This document shows, one piece after another, positions 19,943 to 31,605 of a stretch of 64,000 nucleotides of DNA. Numbering within the stretch: the first letter of the stretch is position 1; every line of letters begins with the position of its first letter. The notes beneath the pieces were generated by a model, which saw only the letters and a list, made by a program, of their open reading frames with translations, made no database searches and was not told the DNA's origin. The position numbers and the translations under genes are program-made. The DNA is from Chlamydiales bacterium (lineage in GTDB: Bacteria > Chlamydiota > Chlamydiia > Chlamydiales > JAAZZY01): contig CBDBKM010000008.1 in assembly GCA_965206695.1 (NCBI GenBank), forward strand, positions 32,001-96,000, in the 5' to 3' direction.

Positions 19943-21046
19943 CTAGAATGAGTGCTTTATCGAGCTCGTCCGGACTTTCTCAATAAATGTATCCCAGTGT
20001 GCAAGACCATCGATAATTTGCATTTCAATTTTCAAATAGAGAATTGGCAAAACATTTGTAATAATATTAGATAATTTAACTATGTCTTTTTCTGTGCAAA
20101 TCAAATATGTTGCACCTTTACTCTTTGCAAGCAAAGCTAAGGCATCTATTTCTTTTTTTGAAATAGATGCATGATCGGATAAAAAATTCGTAGCTACGAC
20201 CTCTAAATTAAGTCCTTCAATTCCTTTTTTAAAATATTCCGGCTTGGCAATACCACAAAAAATAGCTACCTTCGTATTCTTTTCCAGATTTACTATCTGA
20301 TCTTGCCGGTTTAAAAGAGTATGTGGCTTAGGAACCATACACACAATAGGGCTTGTTGAATATTTTGCTATTTCTCTTTTTAAAGCCGGAATTTGAAAAA
20401 GGTTATATACATGATTAATACAGATTAAATGAGCTCGTGATAAAGCTTTTGGATGTTCTCTTAAAAATCCTCTTGGAAGGAAAAATTTTTGTCCAAAAAG
20501 ATCTTGAGCATCCATGACAACCAGTTCATAATCTCTTTGCAATCTACGATGTTGCATTCCATCATCGAGTAAAAGATATTTCGCACCCATTTTTTGCGCT
20601 TTTTTAGCTGTTATTTGACGATCTTTTCCAACTAAAAAAAGAGCTGTTGGAATATTCCTGGAAATAAGAAAAGGTTCATCTCCACAAATATCGGGTCCTA
20701 CAATAGGGCCCTTACCTTTAGATAAGACTAAAATACCTTGCTCTCGTTCTATTTGAGATTGATAACCTCTGGATAAAATCGCCAAAGGGGTCTTTTTTTC
20801 AAAAGCCTTAGCTAATTTTAATGTTATTGGCGTCTTACCTGTACCCCCGGCCACCAGATTACCAACACTAATCACTTTCCCGTCAAATGTATAAGTTTTA
20901 ATAAGGCGCTTGTCATAAAGAACATTACGAAAAAATACGATTAACCTATATATCAAGCTGATACCAAATAATAACCGGAGGATAAGAGAAGAAAAAAACG
21001 TTTTCTTCTCTTTTCTAATAATTTTTAAAAAATAAGAAATATTCAC
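19943..21046 (-). CDS. lpxK: Tetraacyldisaccharide 4'-kinase
   Basis: SVGNLVAGGTGKTP, LSRGY, GDEP, LLDDGMQH, LPRGFLRE, TEKD. Confidence 0.95.
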   Translation of the reverse strand: MNISYFLKIIRKEKKTFFSSLILRLLFGISLIYRLIVFFRNVLYDKRLIKTYTFDGKVISVGNLVAGGTGKTPITLKLAKAFEKKTPLAILSRGYQSQIEREQGILVLSKGKGPIVGPDICGDEPFLISRNIPTALFLVGKDRQITAKKAQKMGAKYLLLDDGMQHRRLQRDYELVVMDAQDLFGQKFFLPRGFLREHPKALSRAHLICINHVYNLFQIPALKREIAKYSTSPIVCMVPKPHTLLNRQDQIVNLEKNTKVAIFCGIAKPEYFKKGIEGLNLEVVATNFLSDHASISKKEIDALALLAKSKGATYLICTEKDIVKLSNIITNVLPILYLKIEMQIIDGLAHWDTFIEKVRTSSIKHSF

Positions 21047-21666
21047 GTCATTTTTAGATGCATCCCCAAAGAACGAGGATACGCACTACCTTCACTATAA
21101 AATAATTGTTTCTCTACCATCTCTATCAGAATATGGATAGCTGTCATATGTGCTTCTTGAATACGATCGGAAGTCGTAAAGGTTTCAATGAGGAGTTCAA
21201 GATCAGCAACCCCATTTAATTGGCCGCCTCCTTTTCCTAAAAATGCAATCGTTTTTAACTTCATTTGTTTAGCCACTTCAAATGCCTTAATAATATTTGG
21301 TGAGTTCCCACTGGTCGTTAAACCAACAAATATATCACCTGCTTGGCCATAAGCTGCAACCCCTCTTGCAAACACCCATTCAAATCCCATATCATTACCG
21401 GTACAAGTAATAAAACCGGGTTCGGAGAGTGGAATAGCCGGAAGAGCAGCTCTTGGTTTTCTAAATTGCCCTGTTAATTCTTCTGCAAAATGATTGGCAT
21501 CGCAAAGGCTACCACCATTACCCGCTATGATAAGCTTCTTACCTTGCCTATAACAGGTCGCTATCATTTCAGCAGCCTGAGAAATAAACGCCAAGGATTT
21601 AGGTTCCTTTAATTGCTGAATTACCTGAATGCTATCTTCTATTGCATTTGAAATATCCGTTTCCAT
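21043..21666 (-). CDS. gmhA: D-sedoheptulose-7-phosphate isomerase
   Basis: GNGGSLCDANHFAEEL, GNDMGF, TTSGNS, DRIQEAH. Confidence 0.92.
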   Translation of the reverse strand: METDISNAIEDSIQVIQQLKEPKSLAFISQAAEMIATCYRQGKKLIIAGNGGSLCDANHFAEELTGQFRKPRAALPAIPLSEPGFITCTGNDMGFEWVFARGVAAYGQAGDIFVGLTTSGNSPNIIKAFEVAKQMKLKTIAFLGKGGGQLNGVADLELLIETFTTSDRIQEAHMTAIHILIEMVEKQLFYSEGSAYPRSLGMHLKMT

Positions 21667-21913
21667 AACCCTTTTCTCTTTAATCTCAATTGAGAGACGA
21701 ATTCTAATCAAATTAACATATCCGGCTTTTAAAATCGCTTTAAATTCTTTGTTAAACAGCTAAATTTGTGGACAAGAATTCACAAAAATCAAACACTCTA
21801 TCTTATTAAGATAATTTAGAAAATATTAAGTAAAAGATTTTATTTATTTTTCTTGCGATTTGGGTAATTTTATAAAAAATTTATTTAAATAATTTCATAT
21901 AATTTAAAATGGT

Positions 21914-22507
21914 ATGAATTTCACTCTTCAATTAAAGGCCAAAGCCCCCGATTTCTCATTAAAAGGAACGGACAATCAAGTATACTCTCTGTCTGATTTT
22001 ACAAAAAAAGATGCTTTAGTCGTTTTCTTTACTTGTAACCATTGCCCTTATGTTAAAAATTCGGATGAATATACGAGAAAAATAGCAGACCAATTTATAC
22101 CTCAAAACATTGGATTTATAGGCATTAATTCCAATAGCTCTAATACAAAAGAAGAAGACTCTTTCGATCATATGGTTACTAGAATGAAAAAATTGTCCTT
22201 CCCATGGATTTATCTGCATGATTCCACCCAAAAAACCGCTACCGATTATGGAGCTCTTAGAACACCACATTTTTTTCTGTTTGATAAAGACCGCTCTTTG
22301 ATCTATACTGGACGAGGATTTGATAATCCTCTTCACACTGATCAAGCAACCACTCATGAGTTACTTGATGCTTTAGAAGAATTTTTAGCGGGCAAATCTA
22401 TTTCATACCCTATAACCAATCCCATTGGGTGTAATATTAAATGGGAAGGTAAACCTAAATATTGGATGCCTGAAGAAGCATGCGATCTCATCCCTAAACG
22501 TAGTTAA
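21914..22507 (+). CDS. Thioredoxin-like / AhpC-TSA family protein
   Basis: APDFSL, CNHCPYV, YGALRTPHFF, IGCNIKW. Confidence 0.88.
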   Translation: MNFTLQLKAKAPDFSLKGTDNQVYSLSDFTKKDALVVFFTCNHCPYVKNSDEYTRKIADQFIPQNIGFIGINSNSSNTKEEDSFDHMVTRMKKLSFPWIYLHDSTQKTATDYGALRTPHFFLFDKDRSLIYTGRGFDNPLHTDQATTHELLDALEEFLAGKSISYPITNPIGCNIKWEGKPKYWMPEEACDLIPKRS

Positions 22508-22512
22508 ATTTT

Positions 22513-23424
22513 ATGTCTATTCTATCTTCAAAAGCAAAAGTTGCCGTTGTTCCGGGAAATAGATTAGGAGACAGTTTATTATTCTCAGTTCTCACTTATA
22601 ATCTTAAAAAAAATGGCTATTACGCAACCACTTTTAGCAATATTTTATTACAAATGCAAAGTTGGTTTCCTAATACAAACCTTCACCCTCTTCCCGGAGT
22701 AGAAGAAGGTAAAAACACTTTTCAGCCATATGATCTAATCATACATCAACATCCCAATCATTTATCTAAACAACCCTCTTGCCCCCACCAAACAGTTGAA
22801 GTGTTGTATGGTACGCGATTTTATATGCAAAGAAAATCTTTAATCGATGTCTATATGGATGTTTGCCGGCAAACCCTCGAATTACCGCAATTGGATCGTT
22901 CTAACGGTATAGTAATTCCTAAAAATTTAACTTTCCGTAAGGTTAATAAACGCATTATTTTACATCCGACAAGCCTTCGAAAGGAAAAAAATTGGCCTGC
23001 AGAAAAATTTACTGCCCTCGCTAAATCTCTAAAAGACATGGGTTACCAACCTATTTTTATCGTAAGTCCTGAGGAAAAACCTAGTTGGAATTGGTTGATA
23101 GATCAAGGTTTTGAATTATCGATCTTTGCTTCTTTATCAGATCTGGCAGCGTTTATTTATGAATCCGGCTATATGATCGGTAATGATTCCGGTATTGCTC
23201 ATTTAGCGTCTAATGTAGGCATCCCCACTGTTTCATTATTTATTCGCCCCGGCGTTGCAAGGCGCTGGAGGCCTAATTTCTATGCCGGTAAAGTTATACT
23301 TCCGGGGCTTCATCTTCCGGGTCGAAAGCTTAAAGAACGCTATTGGAAACGTCTGGTAAGCGTTTCTAAAGTTCTTACGAATTTTAAAAGACTTGTTAAG
23401 GAAACCGAAAAACTTAGCGGTTAA
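22513..23424 (+). CDS. Glycosyltransferase family 9 (heptosyltransferase-like)
   Basis: LGD, HP..KNWP, IGNDSGIAHLA..GIPTVSLF. Confidence 0.85.
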   Translation: MSILSSKAKVAVVPGNRLGDSLLFSVLTYNLKKNGYYATTFSNILLQMQSWFPNTNLHPLPGVEEGKNTFQPYDLIIHQHPNHLSKQPSCPHQTVEVLYGTRFYMQRKSLIDVYMDVCRQTLELPQLDRSNGIVIPKNLTFRKVNKRIILHPTSLRKEKNWPAEKFTALAKSLKDMGYQPIFIVSPEEKPSWNWLIDQGFELSIFASLSDLAAFIYESGYMIGNDSGIAHLASNVGIPTVSLFIRPGVARRWRPNFYAGKVILPGLHLPGRKLKERYWKRLVSVSKVLTNFKRLVKETEKLSG

Positions 23425-25027
23425 TTTTTATATCAGAAAATGATATTGAACCTGTTTCAATTTCCATTGGATCCTTCAGCACAGGATGCACAAACGACAT
23501 CTTATAATGTTGAAGAGCCACATGATTATATGGGTTAAAAGTTAAAGAACTTCCATATTTACTATCCCCTACAAGTGGACAACCAATTGCCGCTAATTGC
23601 GCTCGAATTTGATGATACCGCCCGGTTACTAATTCAAGCTCTAATAAGATCAAACCATCTCTCTTATCAATAATTTTATAATACAATCAAGCTTCTTTAG
23701 CCCCTTCTTTTTTTTGATGACTAACGGAGCTCTTATATGCCTTTTTCGTTAAATAATGTTTTAATAATCCCTCCTTTTTATCAATAAACCCGCTTACAAC
23801 AGTACGATAATATTTATTTATTAAACGCATCCGCATGGATTGATTTAATCTAGTTAACGCTTTACTCGTTCTTGCAAATAGAACCGGACCCCCGACCTGC
23901 TTATCTAAACGATGGATAGGCGTAAGAAAAATATTTCCCTTTTTATTAAAATGTTTTTTTAGCCATTTTTTACATTGATTGTCTAATGAGTCCGATTGGC
24001 AATCATCCTCTTGAGTCAATAACCCTGCCGGCTTATTAACAATAAGAAGGTGATTATAGTATTTTAATTTTTATTTGATAATATGTTATCCTTTTTTTTT
24101 TATACAAACAGTAAGGACAAAACAATGCCTAGAGCCTATTCAGTAGATCTTCGAGAGAAAGTATGACAACATATAGAAAAACATCATGATAAAAAAACAG
24201 CCGGCCATATTTTTCAAGTAGGTATCGCAACAATATATCGATGGATCTTGCAAAAAAAGCAAAAAGGACATTTAAAGCCAATCCGCAGAAAATATGCTTA
24301 TAAGAAATTAGATGATGAGTTGTTATCTAAATATGTAGAAAAACATCCGGATTATTTTTTATCGGAAATTGCTGATTATTTTTCAGTCACTCCGCAAACG
24401 ATTTTTTATGCTCTTAAAAGATTAAAAATTACACGAAAAAAAAAACTACTCGCTATAAGGAAAGAGATGAAAAGCAACGGGAAGCTTTTATGAAAGATTT
24501 AAAAAATATTCCCTTTGACAAGAGAATTTATCTCGATGAAACCGGGATTCATCAATTTTTATTTCGTGAGTCCGGAAGAAGCTTACGCGGCAAAAGAGTT
24601 TTTGGAGCGGTTTCAGGAAACCGCTTTATAAGGCAAAATATTATTTCAGCCCTATCTAAAGGGCAGTTTTTATCTCCAATGTGTTTTGAAGGTACTTGTA
24701 ATACCGGGTTATTCAATATTTGGCTTAAGGAAGTTTTGACTCCTCAGCTTACACCCGGTAGTGTTCTTATTCTTGACAATGCCGGTTTTCACAAGTCAGC
24801 GGAAAGCAGGAAAACAGTAGAATCTGCCGGTTGTAAGCTTATGTTTCTTCCTCCCTATTCTCCGGACTTAAATCCTATAGAAAAATATTGGGCTAATATG
24901 AAAAATAAAGTTAGAGAGATATTACGAAAAGTTACGAATTTTAAATTCGCCATTGATCAAGCAATCTTATCAATGTAAAATTAAATGACTATAGGTGATT
25001 ATCTAGAAAAAGGACCTTAGGATGCAC
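23414..25027 (-). pseudogene. RluA-family pseudouridine synthase, disrupted by IS630 and an in-frame TGA at 23687-23689
   Basis: GTG at 25027 VHPKVLFLDNH | IS | LLIVNKPAGLLTQ..HRLD..KEA*LYY..TGRYHQIR..GDSKYG. Confidence 0.88.
24055..24993 (+). mobile_element. IS630-family element, copy 3 (nonsense TGA at 24164-24166 in ORF1)
   Basis: Near-identical to the other copies. Confidence 0.95.
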
Positions 25028-25841
25028 TTCTTTGCCTTAAAACTTCATAAATCATAAGAGTCGTAGCCGTAGCTACATTTAAAGAGTCAGCTATTCCATG
25101 CATCGGTATTTTGACTTGTACGCCGGCTTCATCAAACCACAAGCTTGATAAGCCGTATTGTTCAGCTCCTACTAAAATAGCTAGAGGCATTGTTAAATCA
25201 ACTTCTGTAAATTGCATTTTGGCACCGGGAGTCGCTGATACGATTGCAATATTGTTTTCTTTTAGAAAACCTAATGTCTGTTGATTACTAGCCTCTATAA
25301 TAGGCTGGGTAAATAGAGTACCAATACTTGCTCTGACAACATTCGGGTTATGAATATCCGTTACAGGATCTGTTACAATAATGCCGTCTACTTTAGCCGC
25401 ATCACAAGAACGAATGATCGTTCCTAAATTACCGGGCTTTTCGATAGCTTCGGCTATAACAAAAAAAGGAGCTTGTTTTTTTTCAATAATCGGCTTTAAA
25501 ATATCGAGTTTTGTATCCATATGCGGAGCAATACCTAAAAGGCCATCCGGACGATCTCTATATGAGATTTTTTTAAAAATTTGAGGTGAGCAGTAAAAAA
25601 TCTGCGCTCCCTTTTCTTGAATCGAAGCGATCAAACTCTCTTCATTTTCACCTAAAAATAAATCCTTACAAACAAACAGGCTGTCTATTAAACAAGTGCC
25701 TTTATTAGCATGCAATAATTCTCGATACCCTTCGATAATGAAACGTTTTGCAACATTACGATCACGCCTATTTCGCAATTTGATAACTTGCTTAATGCGT
25801 TGATTTTGAAAACTGTTAATTTCAATTACAGATTTATACAT
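25017..25841 (-). CDS. TrmH/SpoU-family RNA methyltransferase
   Basis: EKPGNLGTIIR, GAEQYGL, IPMHGIADSLNVA. Confidence 0.9.
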   Translation of the reverse strand: MYKSVIEINSFQNQRIKQVIKLRNRRDRNVAKRFIIEGYRELLHANKGTCLIDSLFVCKDLFLGENEESLIASIQEKGAQIFYCSPQIFKKISYRDRPDGLLGIAPHMDTKLDILKPIIEKKQAPFFVIAEAIEKPGNLGTIIRSCDAAKVDGIIVTDPVTDIHNPNVVRASIGTLFTQPIIEASNQQTLGFLKENNIAIVSATPGAKMQFTEVDLTMPLAILVGAEQYGLSSLWFDEAGVQVKIPMHGIADSLNVATATTLMIYEVLRQRSAS

Positions 25842-26664
25842 ACCACTTTATGTAACTACCGCAGGGTAGAGGGTTTTGATTTTTATCTTTTAATACTATT
25901 TCACCCGGCTTTAAATTCCCGTTATCAAATATCTGTTTCGATAAAGATTGTAATATGAGAGGTGTATATTCCGGTGTATGACAAGTCATTAAAATAAAGA
26001 TAGGATCGTCAGACAAAACTTGCTTACATAGATTTAAAAGAGGACTCAAATCATTCTCTATTTTAAATACCTGTCCCTTATTTCCTCTTCCAAAAGAAGG
26101 AGGATCTAATATAATAGCATCATAAAAGCTCTTCCGCTTGATCTCTTTTTTTAAAAATTGCATGACATCATCCACAATCCACCGAATAGGGGCATGATCT
26201 AAACGATTTAATTTAGCATTTTCCTTAGCCCACTCAACAATACCTTTAGACGCGTCTACATGGCAAACATAAGTGTTTGTTGCTGCTATTGCTAAAGTAG
26301 CTCCTCCGGTATAAGCAAAAAGATTCAATACTCTAACTTGTTTATCTTTCCTCTTTTCTATCTCCTGTTTCATCCAAGGCCAAAATAGGCCATGTTCAGC
26401 AAATAAACCGATATGCCCGAAATCTGTGGCTTGAATTTTAAAGATCAAGTCCCGGTGCTTGATCTCCCATTCATTTGGTAAGTGAGATCTGAATTTCCAT
26501 TGATTTTTCAACTCTCTTGTAAACTCAGCCGAAGCCTTTAACCAAGCATCTTCAGGCAAGGTGGGTTTCCAAATAGCTTGAGCACAAGGACGTATGATTA
26601 AATAAGGACCTACTTGTTCCAGCTTTTTCCCTAAACCGGTGTCTATTAAATGATAATCCAACAT
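25834..26664 (-). CDS. Class I SAM-dependent methyltransferase (RlmI/RlmK-like)
   Basis: VLNLFAYTG, HVDAS, IILDPPSFG. Confidence 0.88.
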   Translation of the reverse strand: MLDYHLIDTGLGKKLEQVGPYLIIRPCAQAIWKPTLPEDAWLKASAEFTRELKNQWKFRSHLPNEWEIKHRDLIFKIQATDFGHIGLFAEHGLFWPWMKQEIEKRKDKQVRVLNLFAYTGGATLAIAATNTYVCHVDASKGIVEWAKENAKLNRLDHAPIRWIVDDVMQFLKKEIKRKSFYDAIILDPPSFGRGNKGQVFKIENDLSPLLNLCKQVLSDDPIFILMTCHTPEYTPLILQSLSKQIFDNGNLKPGEIVLKDKNQNPLPCGSYIKWYV

Positions 26665-27096
26665 TTTTGATCCAACTCTTATTTAAAAACATCAATTATA
26701 TAACAACCGGTTATTAAAGAAAAGAAAGCTTCATACTTATGATAATATTCATAGTTTACAAATAACTGTAATTTAGTGTATTATACAGTAATTAAATTCA
26801 AACAACCACTTTATTAAACCATTAGTTTTTATTAAAATTTTTAATACAGAACTATAAAATAAAGAGCTTACATTCTTTATAAAATCTCTGAGAAAATTTT
26901 TATTAGTCTTAGCCTCTGCTTATAGCGACGCCGGACTTTGTACTTCAATTGTCGGAGTAAGAAGGTAAAGATGATTGGTTAACCGCCAAATTAAAAAAAG
27001 AAAGTGATCTAAAGAAAGATTACTCCCTCTTAGTTAAATATGATAATGGTAAAGAAAATAGTAATTTACCCATTTAACTTTCTATATATTACAGAA

Positions 27097-27136
27097 TAAA
27101 AACAGCCGATGGGAATTTACCCTATCGGCTTTTTTA
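27097..27136. terminator. Intrinsic terminator downstream of dnaK
   Basis: AAAAACAGCCGATGGG-AATTTA-CCCTATCGGCT-TTTTT. Confidence 0.75.
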
Positions 27137-27153
27137 TTACTTAATTGATTACA

Positions 27154-29097
27154 TTACTTCTTTTTGTTGTCTTCGTTATCAACGATTTCAACCTCAGCAT
27201 CTTCTATATTCTCATCATTAGAACCTGCAGCTTTTGGTTGATCTCTTGATTGAGCAGTATCAACAGGGTTAGCTTGAGGATTTGCTCCTGCTGCCTGTTG
27301 CATCGCTTCTCCGATTTTTTGCATACATTGACTCAGCTCTTCTTGAGAAGATTTAATAGCTGAAATATCTCCTCCTTTTAAAGCCGTTTTTAATTGATCG
27401 ATTTTACCTTGAATCTCCGTTGCAATCTCTTGAGGAACTTTATCCTTATATTCAGCTAAAGCTTTTTCAGCTCTAAATACCGTTGCATCAGCTTCATTCT
27501 TAACTTCGATTTCTTCTTTATATTTTTTATCTTCTTCAGCATAAAGCTCGGCATCCTTGACCATTTTCTCTATTTCGTTTTCATCTAATCCGGATTTTGC
27601 TTCGATACGAATCTTTTGTTCCTTGCCCGACTGGATATCTTTAGCAGAAACATGGAGAATCCCATCAGCATCAATATCGAAAGCCACCTCAATTTGAGGC
27701 AATCCCCTTGGCGCAGGTGGTATCTCAGTTAAATCAAATCGACCAACCTCTTTATTATCATTAGCCATTTTGCGCTCTCCTTGCAAAACTCTAATAGTAA
27801 CAGCAGGTTGATTATCGGCAGCTGTCGAGAACACTTGCTTCTTTTGAGTAGGAATCGTTGTATTACGCTCCACTAAAGGAGTAAAAACACCACCTAAAGT
27901 CTCAATCCCTAAGGTAAGAGGTATCACATCTAATAAAAGGACATCCTTAACCTCTCCACCTAAAACTCCTCCTTGAATAGCTGCCCCTAACGCAACCACT
28001 TCATCAGGATTAACTCCTTTATGGGGCTCTCTTTGGAAAAGCTCTTTTACAAGCGCTTGTACAGCAGGCATACGTGACATACCACCGACTAAAATAACCT
28101 CTCCGATATCGCCGGGGCTTAACCCTGCATCTTTTAAAGCCTTTAAGCAAGGTTCTTTAGTGCGCTGTATAAGATCAGCTGTTAACAGCTCTAACTTAGA
28201 TCGTGACAATGTCAAAGCTAAGTGTTTAGGACCGGTTGCATCCATTGTAATGAATGGCTGGTTTATTTCAGTATTCGGAACACCGGATAATTCGACTTTA
28301 GCTTTCTCTGCTGCATCTCGCAAACGTTGCAGCGCCATTTTATCCCGGCTTAAATCAATGCTGTTTTCTTTTTTAAATTCATCAATCATCCAATGAATGA
28401 TCGCATTATCAAAATCATCACCACCCAAATGAGTATCCCCATTAGTAGCTAATACTTCAAATACACCATCCCCTATCTCAAGAATAGAAATATCAAAAGT
28501 TCCTCCTCCAAGATCAAAGACAGCCACTTTTTTATCGCTTTGCTTTTCTAAGCCATAAGCTAAAGCTGCAGCCGTTGGCTCCGGAATAATTCTTTTAACT
28601 TCCAGACCTGCAATTTTACCGGCATCTTTAGTTGATTGTCTTTGTGAATCGTTAAAATAAGCAGGGACTGTAATCACTGCCTCAGTAACTTTCTCTCCAA
28701 GATAAGCCTCTGCCGTTTCTTTCATTTTTAATAAAATCTGAGCTCCCACCTCTTCCGGAGTAAGCTTTTCATTATTTACTTCGAATACAACATCACCATT
28801 ACTGTTTTTAGCAACGGTGTAGGGCACTGTCTTAATCTCACCTTGGACCTCATCATACTTTCTACCTATAAATCGCTTGGTAGAAGATAAGGTTCTTTCC
28901 GGATTAGTTACGGCTTGACGTTTGGCCGGTACTCCTACTAAACGTTCGCTTCCTTTATAGGAAACAACTGAAGGAGTTGTTCTGCCGCCTTCTGCGGAAG
29001 CAATGACTTTTGCAGAGCTACCTTCCATGATAGAAACACATGAATTAGTAGTTCCTAAGTCAATACCGATTATTTTACTCTTACGTTTTTCGGCCAT
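27154..29097 (-). CDS. dnaK: Chaperone DnaK
   Basis: [19 protein letters not shown], full-length Hsp70. Confidence 0.98.
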   Translation of the reverse strand: MAEKRKSKIIGIDLGTTNSCVSIMEGSSAKVIASAEGGRTTPSVVSYKGSERLVGVPAKRQAVTNPERTLSSTKRFIGRKYDEVQGEIKTVPYTVAKNSNGDVVFEVNNEKLTPEEVGAQILLKMKETAEAYLGEKVTEAVITVPAYFNDSQRQSTKDAGKIAGLEVKRIIPEPTAAALAYGLEKQSDKKVAVFDLGGGTFDISILEIGDGVFEVLATNGDTHLGGDDFDNAIIHWMIDEFKKENSIDLSRDKMALQRLRDAAEKAKVELSGVPNTEINQPFITMDATGPKHLALTLSRSKLELLTADLIQRTKEPCLKALKDAGLSPGDIGEVILVGGMSRMPAVQALVKELFQREPHKGVNPDEVVALGAAIQGGVLGGEVKDVLLLDVIPLTLGIETLGGVFTPLVERNTTIPTQKKQVFSTAADNQPAVTIRVLQGERKMANDNKEVGRFDLTEIPPAPRGLPQIEVAFDIDADGILHVSAKDIQSGKEQKIRIEAKSGLDENEIEKMVKDAELYAEEDKKYKEEIEVKNEADATVFRAEKALAEYKDKVPQEIATEIQGKIDQLKTALKGGDISAIKSSQEELSQCMQKIGEAMQQAAGANPQANPVDTAQSRDQPKAAGSNDENIEDAEVEIVDNEDNKKK

Positions 29098-29115
29098 GAT
29101 ACATTCCTTTAAATT

Positions 29116-29763
29116 TTAATTAATGGTTTCTTTTGTTTCTTTATTCACTATTTCTTCTTCCCCACTAGATTCCTTATTGGACTGAGAAGGGGATTTAGTA
29201 ACTTTCACTCTTGCCGGGCGAATCGTACGATCGCCCATTTGGTATCCTCTTACAAATTCTTTCACAATAATACCCGGTGGATTTTCATCCGTTTCAACTG
29301 ATTCAACAGCTTCATGAAAATGCGGGTCAAATAATTTCCCTTCTGATTCCATTGCCTTAACGCCGTTTTGGCTTAAAACATCTTTAAACTGAGTCAGAAT
29401 CATTTCAAAACCTTTTGCCCAATTCTTGACTTCTTCGCTCATATTCTGACTAAAACCAACTGCATTTTCAAAGTGATCCAAGGGATACAAAAATTCAACG
29501 ATGATACTTTCTCTTGCATGCTTGAAAATATCCTGTCTCTCATTTTGCAATCTTTTTCGAGCATTTTCCGAATCGGCCAGCGTCCTTAGATACTTATCTT
29601 TAAAATCTTTAGCTTCCTGCTTTAGATGATCTAATTCTTTTTTAGAGACCTGCACCATGAGCTCTTGCTCTTTACCTTCTTCTACTATCGTAGACTTGGG
29701 ATCCTTCTGTTGATCCTGAGCTGCATCTGTTTCCTGTCGTTTGTTTATCTTCTTTTTAGACAT
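29116..29763 (-). CDS. grpE: Nucleotide exchange factor GrpE
   Basis: YLRTLADSENARKR, FDPHFHEAV, RPARVKV; lies between hrcA and dnaK. Confidence 0.95.
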   Translation of the reverse strand: MSKKKINKRQETDAAQDQQKDPKSTIVEEGKEQELMVQVSKKELDHLKQEAKDFKDKYLRTLADSENARKRLQNERQDIFKHARESIIVEFLYPLDHFENAVGFSQNMSEEVKNWAKGFEMILTQFKDVLSQNGVKAMESEGKLFDPHFHEAVESVETDENPPGIIVKEFVRGYQMGDRTIRPARVKVTKSPSQSNKESSGEEEIVNKETKETIN

Positions 29764-29781
29764 GGTCTTGCCTCTCCTAAA

Positions 29782-30939
29782 TTATTGACTATTATCTTCA
29801 AGTAACACTCTCTTCGTATCATCCCGTAAAAGGTTTTGTGCTTGGGCAATTGACAAAACATCACTTTCAGGATTACGAAAATCAATTTTATATCTCATAA
29901 TATTCCTTGTCAGAGTTTTACTAACATAATCAGAAAAGACTCTTAAAACTCCAAATAAGGAACGATAAGGCATACGCATCGGGCCTAAAACACCCACGGC
30001 ACCTACTTCTTTTCCTCCAATATAATAAGGAATAGTGACAACACTACAACTCGAAGTCTGAGGTGAATAACTCATAATTTCATCTCCAATCCAATACTTT
30101 AGTATCTTCTGAGAACAACTATCGCGTAATAAGACGCGCATATTATTAGTGTTTTCAAAAAGAGCTAAGCTATTAGCAAAAGCTTCCGGGGTGCTGAGAT
30201 CCGGACAGCTTAATAAACGTGATAAACCGGTTGTATAAATATCTTCATTGCTAAAGTTGGTATAACCAACAATATAGCGAACCATTATCTCATTATAAAT
30301 CTTTTGAGCTAATTGGTCTTCTTTTTCATCCAAATTAGAAGGTTTAGCTCCCCCGTTAAGCCTCCAGCAAATATAATCTTCTACTCGCTTCAAAGCAAAA
30401 GCCTTTAAGGGATGGTTAATATAAAGTACTTCTGTGTAAATCAGCCCAAAGTCCGTAATTAAAATACAAAGACACCGGCTTGAGTCAATGGATATTAGTT
30501 TCATATTAAGGATAAAATCATGGTCAAATCGTGGGGTAGATAAAAAAACAGCATAGCCCGTAACATCACTTAATAGCTCGATCGCTTTTTGAAGATAACC
30601 GACTACTTCATGTGTCTCGTCTTCGCATAAGCTCTTTAATCGTTTTTCTTGCTGTTCCTCAATGACACCCTGATCAACATACGTATCGGCATAGACCTGA
30701 TAAGCTCGTTCCGTGGGGCTACGGCCTCCGGAAGAGTGGTGTTGGGTTAAGTAGCCTTCTTGTTCTAATTTAACAAAATAATTACGAATGGTAGCTGAGC
30801 TTATATCGCTGAACTCATTCTTTCTTAATGTGTTAGATCCGACCGGTTTCCCTGATTTAAGATATAGATCCACAACGCCTATTAGAATTCTGCGTTCCTT
30901 TTCTTTTTTATCTAATCTTTTACCCGTTATTGTTTTCAC
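29782..30939 (-). CDS. hrcA: Heat-inducible transcription repressor HrcA
   Basis: PVGS, SSATIRN, HHSSGGRSPT, GVLGPMRMPY. Confidence 0.95.
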   Translation of the reverse strand: MKTITGKRLDKKEKERRILIGVVDLYLKSGKPVGSNTLRKNEFSDISSATIRNYFVKLEQEGYLTQHHSSGGRSPTERAYQVYADTYVDQGVIEEQQEKRLKSLCEDETHEVVGYLQKAIELLSDVTGYAVFLSTPRFDHDFILNMKLISIDSSRCLCILITDFGLIYTEVLYINHPLKAFALKRVEDYICWRLNGGAKPSNLDEKEDQLAQKIYNEIMVRYIVGYTNFSNEDIYTTGLSRLLSCPDLSTPEAFANSLALFENTNNMRVLLRDSCSQKILKYWIGDEIMSYSPQTSSCSVVTIPYYIGGKEVGAVGVLGPMRMPYRSLFGVLRVFSDYVSKTLTRNIMRYKIDFRNPESDVLSIAQAQNLLRDDTKRVLLEDNSQ

Positions 30940-30979
30940 AGTAGCATGTACCTTCTACATTGGCTAATTTCTATCCTAC

Positions 30980-31041
30980 ATTGTAACATCTCTCTTTATT
31001 TTAAGTCAATTTTCTTAGCACTCGAACCATTCATTTGCTTG
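30980..31041 (-). promoter_or_regulatory. Sigma66/70 promoter of the hrcA operon with adjacent CIRCE-like operator
   Basis: TTGACT (31009-31004), 18 nt, TACAAT (30985-30980); TTAGCACTC-N9-ATTTGCTTG at 31015-31041 with one perfect half-site. Confidence 0.75.
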
Positions 31042-31204
31042 TTTTTTCTATAACCAATTAATAATGAAGAGTATGCATGAAATTAATCTTTTAAAGATTT
31101 TAATTTAAACTACTTGAACCATTCGTACTTGATTTTAAATAAATATTATGTTATAATGTAACTGTAGCGAAAACAGTGTAATAACTTAGGAGTTATTAAA
31201 AATA

Positions 31205-31573
31205 ATGAGTAATCAAAGCCAAGTTGAGACGAACAATTCTTTATTTACGCAACTAGATATCAACGTAATCTCCAATAACGACGCCATACCAACGAAACTG
31301 AAACCGCAAGTCAACTTAACTTACATTGCAGCATTGATGTCATATCTTACAGGTGTGACTAAATACTTAAACGAAGTATCAGCAAATTATCATAAAATTG
31401 AAGCGGAAGCGAAACTACAAAGATCAGAAGCACAACAATCAGCCGGCAAAAATTCTAAAAATACAACGACAAACGGACCGGAAATAACAACTATCCCTCT
31501 AACATCAACCTCTACTAATACTACAACAGGAACTACAGGCAGCACCGCACAATTGTCCGGTATAGGCAAATAA
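31205..31573 (+). CDS. Hypothetical protein with Thr/Ser-rich C-terminus
   Basis: AGGAG RBS, 122-aa ORF, followed by a terminator. Confidence 0.7.
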   Translation: MSNQSQVETNNSLFTQLDINVISNNDAIPTKLKPQVNLTYIAALMSYLTGVTKYLNEVSANYHKIEAEAKLQRSEAQQSAGKNSKNTTTNGPEITTIPLTSTSTNTTTGTTGSTAQLSGIGK

Positions 31574-31605
31574 AAAATTAAAGAAGACGTCTTATAAAAT
31601 TTTTC

